DNA of 32,000 nucleotides. It comes from Acholeplasma laidlawii PG-8A (lineage in GTDB: Bacteria > Bacillota_I > Bacilli_A > Acholeplasmatales > Acholeplasmataceae). Location of the stretch: NCBI RefSeq assembly GCF_000018785.1, contig NC_010163.1:630001-662000 (forward strand), in the 5' to 3' direction. Below, piece by piece: positions 16,729 through 25,436 of this stretch. Under the pieces are notes generated by a model. It made no database searches, had not been told where the DNA came from, and was given only the letters and a program-made list of their open reading frames with translations. Position 1 is the first letter of the stretch. The number at the start of each line of letters is the position of its first letter. The position numbers and the translations under genes are program-made.

Positions 16729-18876
16729 GTGAGTATGATGGCAGAGACTATTAAAGGTATTAACATTAAATTGAGTCTTGATGGTAAGGATCTTGATAAT
16801 GAATTAAAAGAGATAAATAAAGAGCTCAAAGAACAACAAAAAGACCTACGTGCCATTAATACAAACCTGAAGTATGACAGCTCAAATGTTGAACTTTGGC
16901 GCAAGAAACAAAGCCAGTTGAATGAAATGCTCGAGACAACTAAAAAACGCCTAGATACGCAAAATAAAGCATTAGAAAAGGCTAAGCAGGGTCTCAAACT
17001 TGGTACCACATCAGACGCTGAATTTAGAAAAGTTCAACGTAATGTTTCATATAGTGAATCTGAAGTAAAAAGACTTAACAATGAATTAGACAAAACAAAA
17101 TCTAAAATAAAAGATTTAGGTAATGCAAAGTTTGACAATATCGCAAAGGTTGGTAGCACATTAACTAAAAGTTTGACAGTTCCAATTCTAGGAGCAGTTA
17201 CTGCTTTAGGTGCACTTGCTAAAAAAGGTGCTGATACTGCAGATGCATTAAATGACACTGCACAAAAAATCGGAATGTCGATAGAAGCATTACAAGAGTG
17301 GAATCATGTAGCAACTATTGCTGGAACAGAAACAGGGAGCTTAGAGCGTGCCTTTGTTAAGGTTAACTCAATACTTGCGGATATTGCATTAGGTGATGTG
17401 AAAGGTTTTGCTGGGGTGTTTCATGCACTTGGTATTTCAATGGAAGACCTAGAAGGCAAAGATACGAGTGAAGCTTTTGAGATTATGAGAGATGCTTTAT
17501 CAAAAGTTGAGGATCAATCACTCAAGACAGCACTTGCTAATCATTTATTTGGTGATAAGTTAGGTTCTGAGTTACTTCCAATGCTAAATATGGAATCAAA
17601 AGCTATTAATGAATTAAGACAACAAGCAAGAGAACTTGGCATCATTACAAGTGAACAAGCTGAAACAACAGGTGCTTTTAATGACTCGCTTGATAGACTA
17701 AAAGTATCAACAACAGCACTATCAGTAGAACTTGCAGTGGCACTTGTACCTGCCATGCAAAATGTAGTTGAAGCAATCACAAATAAAATCCTACCTGCAG
17801 TGAGTGATATGATTTCATGGTGGACTAACCTAAGTACTGGAACACAACAGCTGATAGGTTTCTTGGTTGGACTTGTGGCTGCAGTAGGACCTGTCTTAAG
17901 TATCATTGGCAAAGTAGTCCCAATCATTAAAACTGTTTCAATAGCCTTAAAAGGTGTAGGTGCAGCTGGAACGATTGCAGGTATTGGTATTAATGCTGCA
18001 ACACTAGGTATTGGTGCTTTGATTGCTATTGTGGTCATAGCATTGATGCGTAGTGAGAAGTTCAAAGAGTTGTTAGAAAAGTTAATGGAGACTTTTATGA
18101 GACTCCTAGAACCTATTATGAAGATTGTTGAAGTTTTAATGGATGCATTAATGCCTATCGTTGATATAGTCATCAATATTTTCATGAAGCTAATTGATAT
18201 ATTAGTGCCTTTAATCGACTTGATTTTAGCACCCATGATTAAGCAACTTGAATTTCTAGGTGATATTTTTGAAATGATCTCACCTCTGATCGAAATTGTA
18301 GGTAATGTTTTACAAGCCATCTTAGTACCAGCATTTAAAGCGTTAGAATTCATATTAAATCCAATACTCAAGATATTAGAAACAATCATTAACTTCTTTA
18401 AACAAATCTTTGATTTTGCAGGTAATGTTGGTGATGTGGTTGGTGGTGCATTAGGTGGTATTGGCGATACGATTGGTAATGTTGTCGGTGGTATTGGTAA
18501 TTTTATAGGTGATGTTGCTGGTAAAGTAGGTAATTTTGTAGGTGGTGTTGCAGATAAAGTAACAGGTATCGCTTCAAATGTTGTAGATACTGTATCAAGT
18601 TTTGCCGGTGGTGCAGTTAAAGGTGTAACCAGTGTTGCAAACAATATCGTTGATGGCGTTTCAAACTTTGCAAATAACACCAAAGAAAAAGTAGGTAGCA
18701 TTTTTGGTAAGGTTGGTGGCTGGTTTAGTGATACATTTAATTTGAAAAAGACTTCTAACACAAATAACCAAACGTCTAATAAGAGTACAACTAATAATGC
18801 AATCACAATCAACACAACATCGTCTACCTTCGATATTGATTCAATAAATAGAGCGTTAGGTGGTAAGTTTATATGA
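16729..18876 (+). CDS. Tape measure protein
   Basis: 715 aa. N-terminal coiled coil, central hydrophobic segments and a Gly-rich repetitive C-terminus. Position follows the chaperone pair. The start may be the ATG at 16735 or 16738. Confidence 0.9.
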   Translation: MSMMAETIKGINIKLSLDGKDLDNELKEINKELKEQQKDLRAINTNLKYDSSNVELWRKKQSQLNEMLETTKKRLDTQNKALEKAKQGLKLGTTSDAEFRKVQRNVSYSESEVKRLNNELDKTKSKIKDLGNAKFDNIAKVGSTLTKSLTVPILGAVTALGALAKKGADTADALNDTAQKIGMSIEALQEWNHVATIAGTETGSLERAFVKVNSILADIALGDVKGFAGVFHALGISMEDLEGKDTSEAFEIMRDALSKVEDQSLKTALANHLFGDKLGSELLPMLNMESKAINELRQQARELGIITSEQAETTGAFNDSLDRLKVSTTALSVELAVALVPAMQNVVEAITNKILPAVSDMISWWTNLSTGTQQLIGFLVGLVAAVGPVLSIIGKVVPIIKTVSIALKGVGAAGTIAGIGINAATLGIGALIAIVVIALMRSEKFKELLEKLMETFMRLLEPIMKIVEVLMDALMPIVDIVINIFMKLIDILVPLIDLILAPMIKQLEFLGDIFEMISPLIEIVGNVLQAILVPAFKALEFILNPILKILETIINFFKQIFDFAGNVGDVVGGALGGIGDTIGNVVGGIGNFIGDVAGKVGNFVGGVADKVTGIASNVVDTVSSFAGGAVKGVTSVANNIVDGVSNFANNTKEKVGSIFGKVGGWFSDTFNLKKTSNTNNQTSNKSTTNNAITINTTSSTFDIDSINRALGGKFI
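18421..18725 (+). repeat. Degenerate tandem Gly/Val-rich repeats inside the tape measure gene
   Basis: Reiterated GGTAATGTTG/GGTGGT units encode GNVGDVVGGALGGIGDTIGNVVGGIGNFIGDVAGKVGNFVGGVADKV... Confidence 0.5.
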
Positions 18877-19697
18877 CAAGAAGATTTTACTTAGAAAATG
18901 AACATGGCCAACAATTCCATTTTAAGTATCATAGTGGTGTCTTATTATCTAACGTCCAAGGATTAGGTTTTCAATTCGACATGAGCTATTTAAAGTATGG
19001 GCATATCCACAAAACTGTAAAAAGTGAAAAACCTTTGTCAGAAATGAGTGGGGTGCTTAACTTCATGGATGGGTATTATGGTTATCAAAGATTTATTGAT
19101 TACTTAAATCAAGGCAGAGATAATCTCAGATTATACTATGTATCAAATGATATGAAGTATGTTCATGTCGATGTCGTTTCACTAAGTAAAGCAGAAATTA
19201 AATCTGGCTTATTAAGTTGTGAAATTACGATGAACAAAAAGAGTTATTGGGTTAAAGAGAGACAAATCATCATTGATATAACAGAAGTCTTAGATGGTAA
19301 GGTTTACCCTTATCCATACGCTTATACATATCAAATCACACAGGAAGGACGAACCACAATTGATATTAATGGTTCATTTAATGCAAATGTAATCATTGAA
19401 ATGATAGGTTCAGTAGATCATCCTGAAATTAATGTGATCCAAAATGGTGTATTGGTATCAAGCCTACGACTAAACTTAGTTGAAGAAAATGTGATAATCC
19501 AAATATCATCAGTAGCTGATAATAAGTATTTGAAAATGATTAAGGATGACATTGAAACAGATATCTACGCATACCAGGACTTTGAAAAAGATAATTTTAT
19601 CGAGTTAAAATCAGGTAGAAACACCTTAGAATTTAAGTCTGGTGTAATGTCAGATACTTTATGTAAAGTTCATATTTTCGAATACCATCTAGGGTGA
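18873..19697 (+). CDS. Distal tail protein (Dit)
   Basis: ATGA-coupled to the TMP. 274 aa. N-terminal FYLENEHGQQF...LSNVQGLGF is typical of siphovirus Dit/tail family proteins. Confidence 0.75.
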   Translation: MTRRFYLENEHGQQFHFKYHSGVLLSNVQGLGFQFDMSYLKYGHIHKTVKSEKPLSEMSGVLNFMDGYYGYQRFIDYLNQGRDNLRLYYVSNDMKYVHVDVVSLSKAEIKSGLLSCEITMNKKSYWVKERQIIIDITEVLDGKVYPYPYAYTYQITQEGRTTIDINGSFNANVIIEMIGSVDHPEINVIQNGVLVSSLRLNLVEENVIIQISSVADNKYLKMIKDDIETDIYAYQDFEKDNFIELKSGRNTLEFKSGVMSDTLCKVHIFEYHLG

Positions 19698-20821
19698 TTG
19701 TTATGGACTTGATTATATTAGATCACTTGAATTTTACTTATAAAGATCATGCCTATATTGGTGATGATTTTGAAATTATACATGACATCGTTATTACTCA
19801 AAAATCACATTTCAAGATTAACAAGAGCAAGTTGAATGTTACAGTTGGTGATTATGTTTATGTGAAAGAAGATAATGGATACTTTGGAATTGTAGAAAAC
19901 ATCGAAGATGAGAAAACGCATCTTGTTGTTGCTAGTGTTGACTTTAAAGAGTTATTTAAAGTTGAAGTATTAGTCGAAAGTTTCAACGGAAATATAGCAG
20001 CATACATAGAAGAAATCATAAGAAAAACATATCTTCAAAACAGTGATACCAAGCAAAACTTAAACTACCTAAGCATTAGTGTGGAAACATCGAAGCTGGG
20101 TAGTTTTGTTTTTGATGCTGATAAAGTCATGAGTATTTATGAATTATTGGAATTAGCAAACCGGATGTATGGTGTGTATATCAAACATGAAGTGATATTT
20201 AATGCGGGTAGTTTTAGTGGTATTTTAATCAGAATTGTTAATGTAACAAGAGGATTGAAGATTAAAGCTGATAACCTCATCTTAGAGGATTTAATTATTA
20301 ACGATTCTAGTAAAGAAAGCACAAATAAAGCAATATATTATCCAAAGACAAGTAACTTATTCTTTAAGGATGTTGTTATTTATTATCTATTAACGGATGG
20401 CACCATAACAAAAGACAATACAAGTCCTTTAAGGTATCCGAAAGTCATATCAAAAGTTGAAACTTACTCAGATAATGATTTTCTAGATTTAGATACAAAA
20501 GTGCGCTCAGTTCTTAGCGTTGATAAAACAGATCACCAAATTAGTTTTATGATCCAAAAAAAGAATCACTCATTAGATGTCTTAAGAACGTTAGATATTG
20601 GTGATTTTGTGGAGTTTATCTATAAAGGCAAACGTTATGATTCATTAGTTACTGGAATCAAATATTCAAATACATTCGAAGTAGCAACTATCACACTCGG
20701 TGAGTATCGTTTGAAACTCACTGAGAAAATTCAAATATTAAGCAAGAACGTCAATAGTAAGGTCGGAAATATCACAGTCAATAATAGTGGTTATTCTGAT
20801 TTAGATGGAGGAGAGTTTTAA
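19694..20821 (+). CDS. Tail-associated protein (Siphovirus Gp37-like / Tal position)
   Basis: Coupled to Dit. 375 aa. The N-terminal LIILD...F pattern resembles the ReqiPepy6 Gp37-like family. Call rests on synteny plus weak motif memory. Confidence 0.55.
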   Translation: MIVMDLIILDHLNFTYKDHAYIGDDFEIIHDIVITQKSHFKINKSKLNVTVGDYVYVKEDNGYFGIVENIEDEKTHLVVASVDFKELFKVEVLVESFNGNIAAYIEEIIRKTYLQNSDTKQNLNYLSISVETSKLGSFVFDADKVMSIYELLELANRMYGVYIKHEVIFNAGSFSGILIRIVNVTRGLKIKADNLILEDLIINDSSKESTNKAIYYPKTSNLFFKDVVIYYLLTDGTITKDNTSPLRYPKVISKVETYSDNDFLDLDTKVRSVLSVDKTDHQISFMIQKKNHSLDVLRTLDIGDFVEFIYKGKRYDSLVTGIKYSNTFEVATITLGEYRLKLTEKIQILSKNVNSKVGNITVNNSGYSDLDGGEF

Positions 20822-21600
20822 TGGGAATACAAAAAATAACGTTTGATGGGTCAAGCGTCACATCAAAACATGATGCAGATTTAAATGACTTTATATTTTC
20901 AGTTGGTACTGGCGTGCTTTTAGGCAGTAGAGGTAGCGTATTTTATACGCTTGCCAATAACACCATTACATTTGAGGATGGATATGTCATGGTTCAAGGT
21001 AGGTTAATCTATATTGAAAATAATACGCAAGTCACTGTTACACCAAACGCTAATCGCTTAGGGTATGTGGTTCTAAATGTGGATTTAACTAATAACGAAG
21101 TTTCAATTTACACGAAAGAGCAAGCATCAACTTATCCAAATCTCGTCCAGAATGATTTAAGTAGCGGTCAAGGTCAATATGAATTTGCACTATGTGCATA
21201 CACTAAGACAACAACATCGGTCGCTTTAAACAATACATTTAATAGACAAACTTTATTGAATGCTGATAGTCTTGTCTATAATCTTGAGCAGAAAATCAGG
21301 AATCAAACGACACCAAATGTTCACACTCCAACATATATTTCTCAAGGTGTTTATAGGATAAGTAATTATTATTCAAATGATTTATTGCGTGCATTCATCA
21401 TGATTGTATTAAGTAATGGAACAATTGTGAACATACCAGGACCTTTGATTTTTGAAGTGTTAGGATCCAGTACTTCAGTTGGTTATACATATAATGGCGT
21501 GACTTACACGATGTTTATTTCATATCAGAATGGCAATACAACATTTACATGTGGCTCAACAGCTCACGTAATTAATCGAGTCATCATATATCGTTTCTGA
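20821..21600 (+). CDS. Putative baseplate/tail fibre-associated structural protein
   Basis: ATG overlaps the previous stop (TAATG). Beta-rich 259 aa in the tail tip module. Confidence 0.5.
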   Translation: MGIQKITFDGSSVTSKHDADLNDFIFSVGTGVLLGSRGSVFYTLANNTITFEDGYVMVQGRLIYIENNTQVTVTPNANRLGYVVLNVDLTNNEVSIYTKEQASTYPNLVQNDLSSGQGQYEFALCAYTKTTTSVALNNTFNRQTLLNADSLVYNLEQKIRNQTTPNVHTPTYISQGVYRISNYYSNDLLRAFIMIVLSNGTIVNIPGPLIFEVLGSSTSVGYTYNGVTYTMFISYQNGNTTFTCGSTAHVINRVIIYRF

Positions 21601-21613
21601 GGAGGAACTTAAA

Positions 21614-22300
21614 ATGGCAGTTATACAAATTAAAAGAAGAACATCCACCGGTACAGGACCAATTGTAGGTACTGCAGGTACGATTAAAGCCGGTGAACCA
21701 TTAATTGACTTAAATGGCACGAATTTATATATCTCAAAAGCAGATAAAACGGGATCAAGTGCCAATCCATTAACAACCAATGACTATATCGAGTTTGCAA
21801 GTAAAGCTAATGCGGAAGCAACAATGGATGCAAAGATTACAGCACTTGGACTTGGAACAGCATCTAAAAAGAATACAGGTACAACAAATGGAACAGTACC
21901 GTTAATTGGTGCAGATGGAAAACTTCCAACATCGATTATTCCGGCTGTGAGTCCTGTGACAAGTGTTAACTCTAAGACAGGTGCAGTTGTCATTACTTTA
22001 GCTGAGCTTGGTGGTGTTGCGGCAAGTACTTATAGTGCCCATGAATCAAGTAACTTACACTTAACAGATGATCAACGTACAAAGATTGCTAATGTGAGAA
22101 ATGTTAGTTTGATGCAAGGTGTAGGAGCTAAATTCGATACGACAAAGGCATCATTCGATGCTTCAGTTCTTGATAATGGATTAGTACTACATAGTATTCA
22201 AGACACAAACTATAATCCAGTAAAAACATTCTATTATATCGGTATTGATAAAACAAAAGTACTAACGCCAACATCTATTATTGATGGTGGAACGTACTAA
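21614..22300 (+). CDS. Tail fibre protein (Mtd_N/HylP-like N-terminal motif)
   Basis: MAVIQIKRRTSTG...AGEPLIDLNGTNLYISKAD matches the widespread phage fibre N-terminal motif (IqlKRGt...GE...d....LyiG). Confidence 0.62.
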   Translation: MAVIQIKRRTSTGTGPIVGTAGTIKAGEPLIDLNGTNLYISKADKTGSSANPLTTNDYIEFASKANAEATMDAKITALGLGTASKKNTGTTNGTVPLIGADGKLPTSIIPAVSPVTSVNSKTGAVVITLAELGGVAASTYSAHESSNLHLTDDQRTKIANVRNVSLMQGVGAKFDTTKASFDASVLDNGLVLHSIQDTNYNPVKTFYYIGIDKTKVLTPTSIIDGGTY

Positions 22301-22845
22301 TGGCAATCATCAGAGTTAAAAGAGGCACATCGGTTCCAACCACAAGCCATTTGACTCAAGTTGGTGAGATGGGCTTTGATACTTTAAATAATGAGCTATA
22401 TATTAGAGGAAATAGTAGTGTCATTAAGGTTGGTGGTGGTTTTACACTTTTATATGAAGGAACGGGATTTATACCATCAACCATTACATCCAATAATATA
22501 ACACTGAATAGAACTATAAATTTGTATGATAAAATACTAACTTTTGAAGTTAGAGTTGTCACAAGTTCTGATACTTATGAAACGCATATTGTTTATGGTC
22601 GAATGGGGACCAATTCAACGACAACAGCAAGTGCAACTTATGACAGACTATACTCATGGACAACATTCGATGGCCAGTACTTTAAAACACACTCTTTCAA
22701 GGCTTATGTTTCAAGTATTGCATCAAATACAATGACAGTTGGGTATGTTAAGCATTTGATTGGTAACTTTAGTGGTACATCGATTGCATGGACAACAAAT
22801 ACGACAACTACCATCTATTTAGAGCGCATTTGGCTGGTTAATTAA
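22300..22845 (+). CDS. Second tail fibre-like protein sharing the same N-terminal motif
   Basis: MAIIRVKRGTSVPTT...VGEMGFDTLNNELYIRGNSSVIKVGG. TAATG coupling to the previous gene. Confidence 0.58.
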   Translation: MAIIRVKRGTSVPTTSHLTQVGEMGFDTLNNELYIRGNSSVIKVGGGFTLLYEGTGFIPSTITSNNITLNRTINLYDKILTFEVRVVTSSDTYETHIVYGRMGTNSTTTASATYDRLYSWTTFDGQYFKTHSFKAYVSSIASNTMTVGYVKHLIGNFSGTSIAWTTNTTTTIYLERIWLVN

Positions 22846-22846
22846 T

Positions 22847-23269
22847 ATGGCTTATACCTTAACTATTCACAGTATTAGTCCAACAACAGCTGCAAATACT
22901 GGAAACATTGGATTAAGTATCAATTTTACTTTATCAGGCAGTGGCGTTTCACTTCCTGGTTTTTCTTTAAGTTTGTATGACGCACTTTCTGGTGGATCCT
23001 ATATTAAGTCACTTTATTATGATGATATTAACGACTTACAAAGTGGCATGGCTTATAGCGTTTCATTTTCAGGAGTTAGTCCGGGAACTTACTATGTTGA
23101 AATATTTTATAAGGCACCAGGAACGACAAGAAGAGCAATTACAATCACAGGTTCATCCAGTGCAACTGAACTCATTACACTAAATGGAAGTAAAGTAACA
23201 GCAAGCTCACTAAATGGGAGTCAAATAACAAATGAAACAGTTAATGGAGTCAAAGTGTTTGGCTCTTAA
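22847..23269 (+). CDS. Beta-rich hypothetical protein (tail fibre accessory?)
   Basis: 140 aa, S/T/G-rich. Starts 1 nt after the previous stop. Confidence 0.45.
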   Translation: MAYTLTIHSISPTTAANTGNIGLSINFTLSGSGVSLPGFSLSLYDALSGGSYIKSLYYDDINDLQSGMAYSVSFSGVSPGTYYVEIFYKAPGTTRRAITITGSSSATELITLNGSKVTASSLNGSQITNETVNGVKVFGS

Positions 23270-23287
23270 TATAAGGAGGAATTAAAA

Positions 23288-23590
23288 ATGGCAATAATTA
23301 AAAACTTACAATCAAGGGTTGGTGTTGATGTTAGTTATCACCGTATCATTGGCATCAATATCAACTACCGTAATCGAAAGATTTTACTTTGTGTAGCATC
23401 TTACATTTCAAAGGATAAAAGGTTTGATAATTGTGAACCCTTAGAAGTAGTAGATATTGAAGTGCCCGAAGTTGATTTTGATTTATTCATCAACGAGGAT
23501 CCAAGAGGTATTGCTTACCTATGGTTAAAAGAAAATGTTGAGGGTTTTGAACAATCGATAGATGATTTAGATGTTGAGGGGGATGTATGA
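23288..23590 (+). CDS. Hypothetical phage protein
   Basis: AAGGAGGA RBS. 100 aa with an acidic C-terminus. Overlap-coupled to the next gene. Confidence 0.5.
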   Translation: MAIIKNLQSRVGVDVSYHRIIGININYRNRKILLCVASYISKDKRFDNCEPLEVVDIEVPEVDFDLFINEDPRGIAYLWLKENVEGFEQSIDDLDVEGDV

Positions 23591-24240
23591 TGCCTAGAAA
23601 GTTTAGTGATAGCAAGTTAACTGAAATCGTAGTTAATATGTTTGCTATGAATGAAGTCATGTTTATTTATTATTGCGGTTCAGATAACTACAAGACAAAA
23701 CAAAAGAAGTCCGATACTGACTTGACCGTTGTATTAAATAACTTCAATGGAATTATTCATGCTTCAATTGAAGGTGTTGATATATTCGCTTATGGTTATG
23801 AGAACTTTTTACAAAGACAGTCTATGAATGATACGTTGCCGCTATATAATCTAATTCATGCTGATGATGTGATCAATATGACTGAGAATCTAATCTATGT
23901 TAATCCAAGTTATCAAACAGAATACAACAGTATCATAGCTTTAAAGTTTGAAGATGTTTTACCTCAATACTTGGATGCAGTCATTGAGTATTTTAATCAA
24001 CTGGTCAATGTTGAAAAAGTCATAGTTAAAAGAAGTTATCACATTATAAGAATTAGAGGTATTTTAGAGAAATACTTAGAAACTGGAAAATATGATGTGA
24101 ACCTAAATGAGGTATGGTTAAACAAAGTATTTGAACATAAGAAAAACTGGGATAAGGACTTAAACACACCTGACCACTTAAACCAGTTAAAAACATATCT
24201 TGATGAAATAATTACAATTAGAGAAGGTTTGAGAAAGTGA
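23587..24240 (+). CDS. Pol-beta-superfamily nucleotidyltransferase-like protein
   Basis: IYYCGS-x10-DTDLTVVL (hG[GS]...DxD, aa 27-50), with a further acidic residue on the next predicted strand (GVDIF, D65), then a helical C-terminal half. Located between the fibre genes and the holin. Confidence 0.45.
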   Translation: MMPRKFSDSKLTEIVVNMFAMNEVMFIYYCGSDNYKTKQKKSDTDLTVVLNNFNGIIHASIEGVDIFAYGYENFLQRQSMNDTLPLYNLIHADDVINMTENLIYVNPSYQTEYNSIIALKFEDVLPQYLDAVIEYFNQLVNVEKVIVKRSYHIIRIRGILEKYLETGKYDVNLNEVWLNKVFEHKKNWDKDLNTPDHLNQLKTYLDEIITIREGLRK

Positions 24241-24665
24241 AAGTTAAATACTTGATATTAACAATTGTAGGATCTTTAGGTTCCTTAGCCTCATACCTAT
24301 TTGGAGGATTTGATAAATTGTTAATTGCACTCATAATCTTCATGATTATTGATTTTCTATCTGGTTTAATCTTAGCAATCGTATTTAAAAAGAGTAGCAA
24401 AACAAAGAGCGGCAGAGTGAGTAGTGAAGCAGGTATTAAAGGACTGGCCAAGAAAATATTCATTCTCTTTTTAGTTGCTTTAGCTGAACAACTAGACATT
24501 GTTTTAGGTACTAATCTTGTAAGGGATGGAGCCGTTATTGCTTTCATATCTATGGAAGGTGTAAGTATCTTAGAAAATTCAACCCTTGCAGGATTACCAG
24601 TTCCAAGAATGATTAAAAACGCACTTGAAGTGCTAAGTAAAGGTGAGGATAAGAAAGATGAATAA
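24237..24665 (+). CDS. Holin (phage_holin_4_1 / TcdE-like family)
   Basis: 142 aa with three predicted TM segments. LIALIIFMIIDFLSGLILAI and the following basic loop are typical of this holin family. Confidence 0.78.
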   Translation: MKVKYLILTIVGSLGSLASYLFGGFDKLLIALIIFMIIDFLSGLILAIVFKKSSKTKSGRVSSEAGIKGLAKKIFILFLVALAEQLDIVLGTNLVRDGAVIAFISMEGVSILENSTLAGLPVPRMIKNALEVLSKGEDKKDE

Positions 24666-24981
24666 TACAGAATTAATTACCACAATTATCAGTGTGATAC
24701 TTTCACTCGTATCTATCGGATTAGGTTACTGGTCAAAAAGAAACTCTAAAGCAAAAGTATACTATGAAACTTTTATCAAAGTTGAAGAACAAATCAAGAA
24801 GCTCTGTATTGATGCAGAAAAGAATTACACTAAAGGCGATCAAAAGAAGAAATACGTGATCTCAAGTATAAATCAGTTTCTGACTGATCAGAAGATCGCA
24901 ATTGATCTCGATACTATAGAAGGCATTATTGAATCAATTATCGATGTTTCTAACCAAATTAATAAGTCAAATAAATTGTAA
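24643..24981 (+). CDS. Second holin-like protein (LL-H holin family-like)
   Basis: The likely start is the ATG at 24658 (MNNTEL). One N-terminal TM (LITTIISVILSLVSIGLGYW) is followed by a helical region with GDQKKKYV...IEGIIESII. Confidence 0.55.
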   Translation: MRIRKMNNTELITTIISVILSLVSIGLGYWSKRNSKAKVYYETFIKVEEQIKKLCIDAEKNYTKGDQKKKYVISSINQFLTDQKIAIDLDTIEGIIESIIDVSNQINKSNKL

Positions 24982-25009
24982 TTTGACAGCCTAATTAAGC
25001 CGTTAAATA

Positions 25010-25038
25010 TTGACTAAAACACATAATTTTGATAAAAT
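25010..25038 (+). promoter_or_regulatory. Sigma-A-type promoter TTGACT-17 nt-TAAAAT
   Basis: The -35 TTGACT is at 25010-25015. An exact 17-nt spacer precedes the -10 TAAAAT at 25033-25038. The predicted transcript start is ~25045, at the foot of a hairpin. Confidence 0.5.
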
Positions 25039-25044
25039 AAACAT

Positions 25045-25098
25045 GTAGCATAACATGTCGGTAACCACTCCGATTGTTATGCTACTCTTTTTGTTTTA
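25045..25098 (+). terminator. 11-bp hairpin plus T-rich tail. Either an intrinsic terminator of the late operon or a 5' structure of a short transcript.
   Basis: GTAGCATAACA - 19 nt loop - TGTTATGCTAC, followed by TCTTTTTGTTTT. Confidence 0.45.
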
Positions 25099-25126
25099 TC
25101 TCTATTTAAACTGCATACTACATTAG

Positions 25127-25175
25127 ACCTCATACTAGGAAAAATTATCCTTTTATGAGGTTTTTTCATTTTTTA
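25127..25175 (+). terminator. Intrinsic terminator
   Basis: ACCTCATA-CT-AGGA aaaatta TCCT-TT-TATGAGGT, followed by TTTTTCATTTTTT. Confidence 0.7.
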
Positions 25176-25223
25176 TTGGCAAAATCAAAAAAGATGCCAT
25201 TAACCATTGAGGAGGTGTTTTAG

Positions 25224-25436
25224 ATGAATAGAGAACAACTAAAACTCAATGTAGAAGAATTACAGAAAAAAGGCTATGTCTATAAAAGGATAGCAAAAGA
25301 ATTATCAATCACAGTTAGTTCAGCAAGATATATCTGTTCAAAGCATAATGAATCAAAATTAGATCAAGAGGTTTGTAAACATTGTGGTTCAAAAATCAAA
25401 TCAATTAAAGCCAAAAAGAAAATGATAAAATTTTAA
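25224..25436 (+). CDS. Small HTH/CxxC protein, possibly a chimeric remnant fused to the truncated recombinase
   Basis: GAGGAGG RBS. GYVYKRIAKELSITVSSARY is HTH-like and CKHCGSK is a half zinc ribbon. The ORF ends in a K-rich tail exactly where the recombinase homology begins in another frame. Confidence 0.4.
   Translation: MNREQLKLNVEELQKKGYVYKRIAKELSITVSSARYICSKHNESKLDQEVCKHCGSKIKSIKAKKKMIKF

Larger units (their letters stand above)
1..25175 (+). mobile_element. Siphovirus-type phage/prophage with an HK97-like head module. Left end is outside the window; right end is approximate.
   Basis: Uninterrupted co-oriented series of HNH, terS, terL, portal, protease, capsid, connectors, tail, TMP, fibres and holins. 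It ends at two hairpins and is followed by a recombinase remnant and non-phage genes. Confidence 0.8.

Noticed and set aside
16578-17009. 143-aa minus-strand ORF spanning the chaperone-TMP junction
   Set aside because: It is antisense to the -1 frameshift extension and to the TMP start. Its product is Ser/Leu/Phe-rich low complexity. The plus-strand interpretation explains the region fully.
17541-18815. 424-aa ORF on the minus strand
   Set aside because: It lies entirely antisense to the well-supported tape measure gene. Its product is low-complexity (P/T/S/I-rich), which mirrors the Gly/Val-rich codons on the sense strand. There is no RBS context, and no other real gene in the window is on the minus strand.
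21614-23269. Diversity-generating retroelement associated with the Mtd_N-like fibre N-termini
   Set aside because: No reverse transcriptase gene is present, and I could see no template/variable repeat pair near the fibre genes.
24218-24547. 109-aa minus-strand ORF
   Set aside because: It is antisense to the holin gene. Its hydrophobic product is a mirror effect of the TM-coding sequence.
25045-25085. tRNA fragment or att core at the first hairpin after the holins
   Set aside because: There is no cloverleaf, T-loop (GTTCGAATC-like) or acceptor features. It is a simple 11-bp hairpin. The other prophage end is outside the window, so att repeats cannot be tested.
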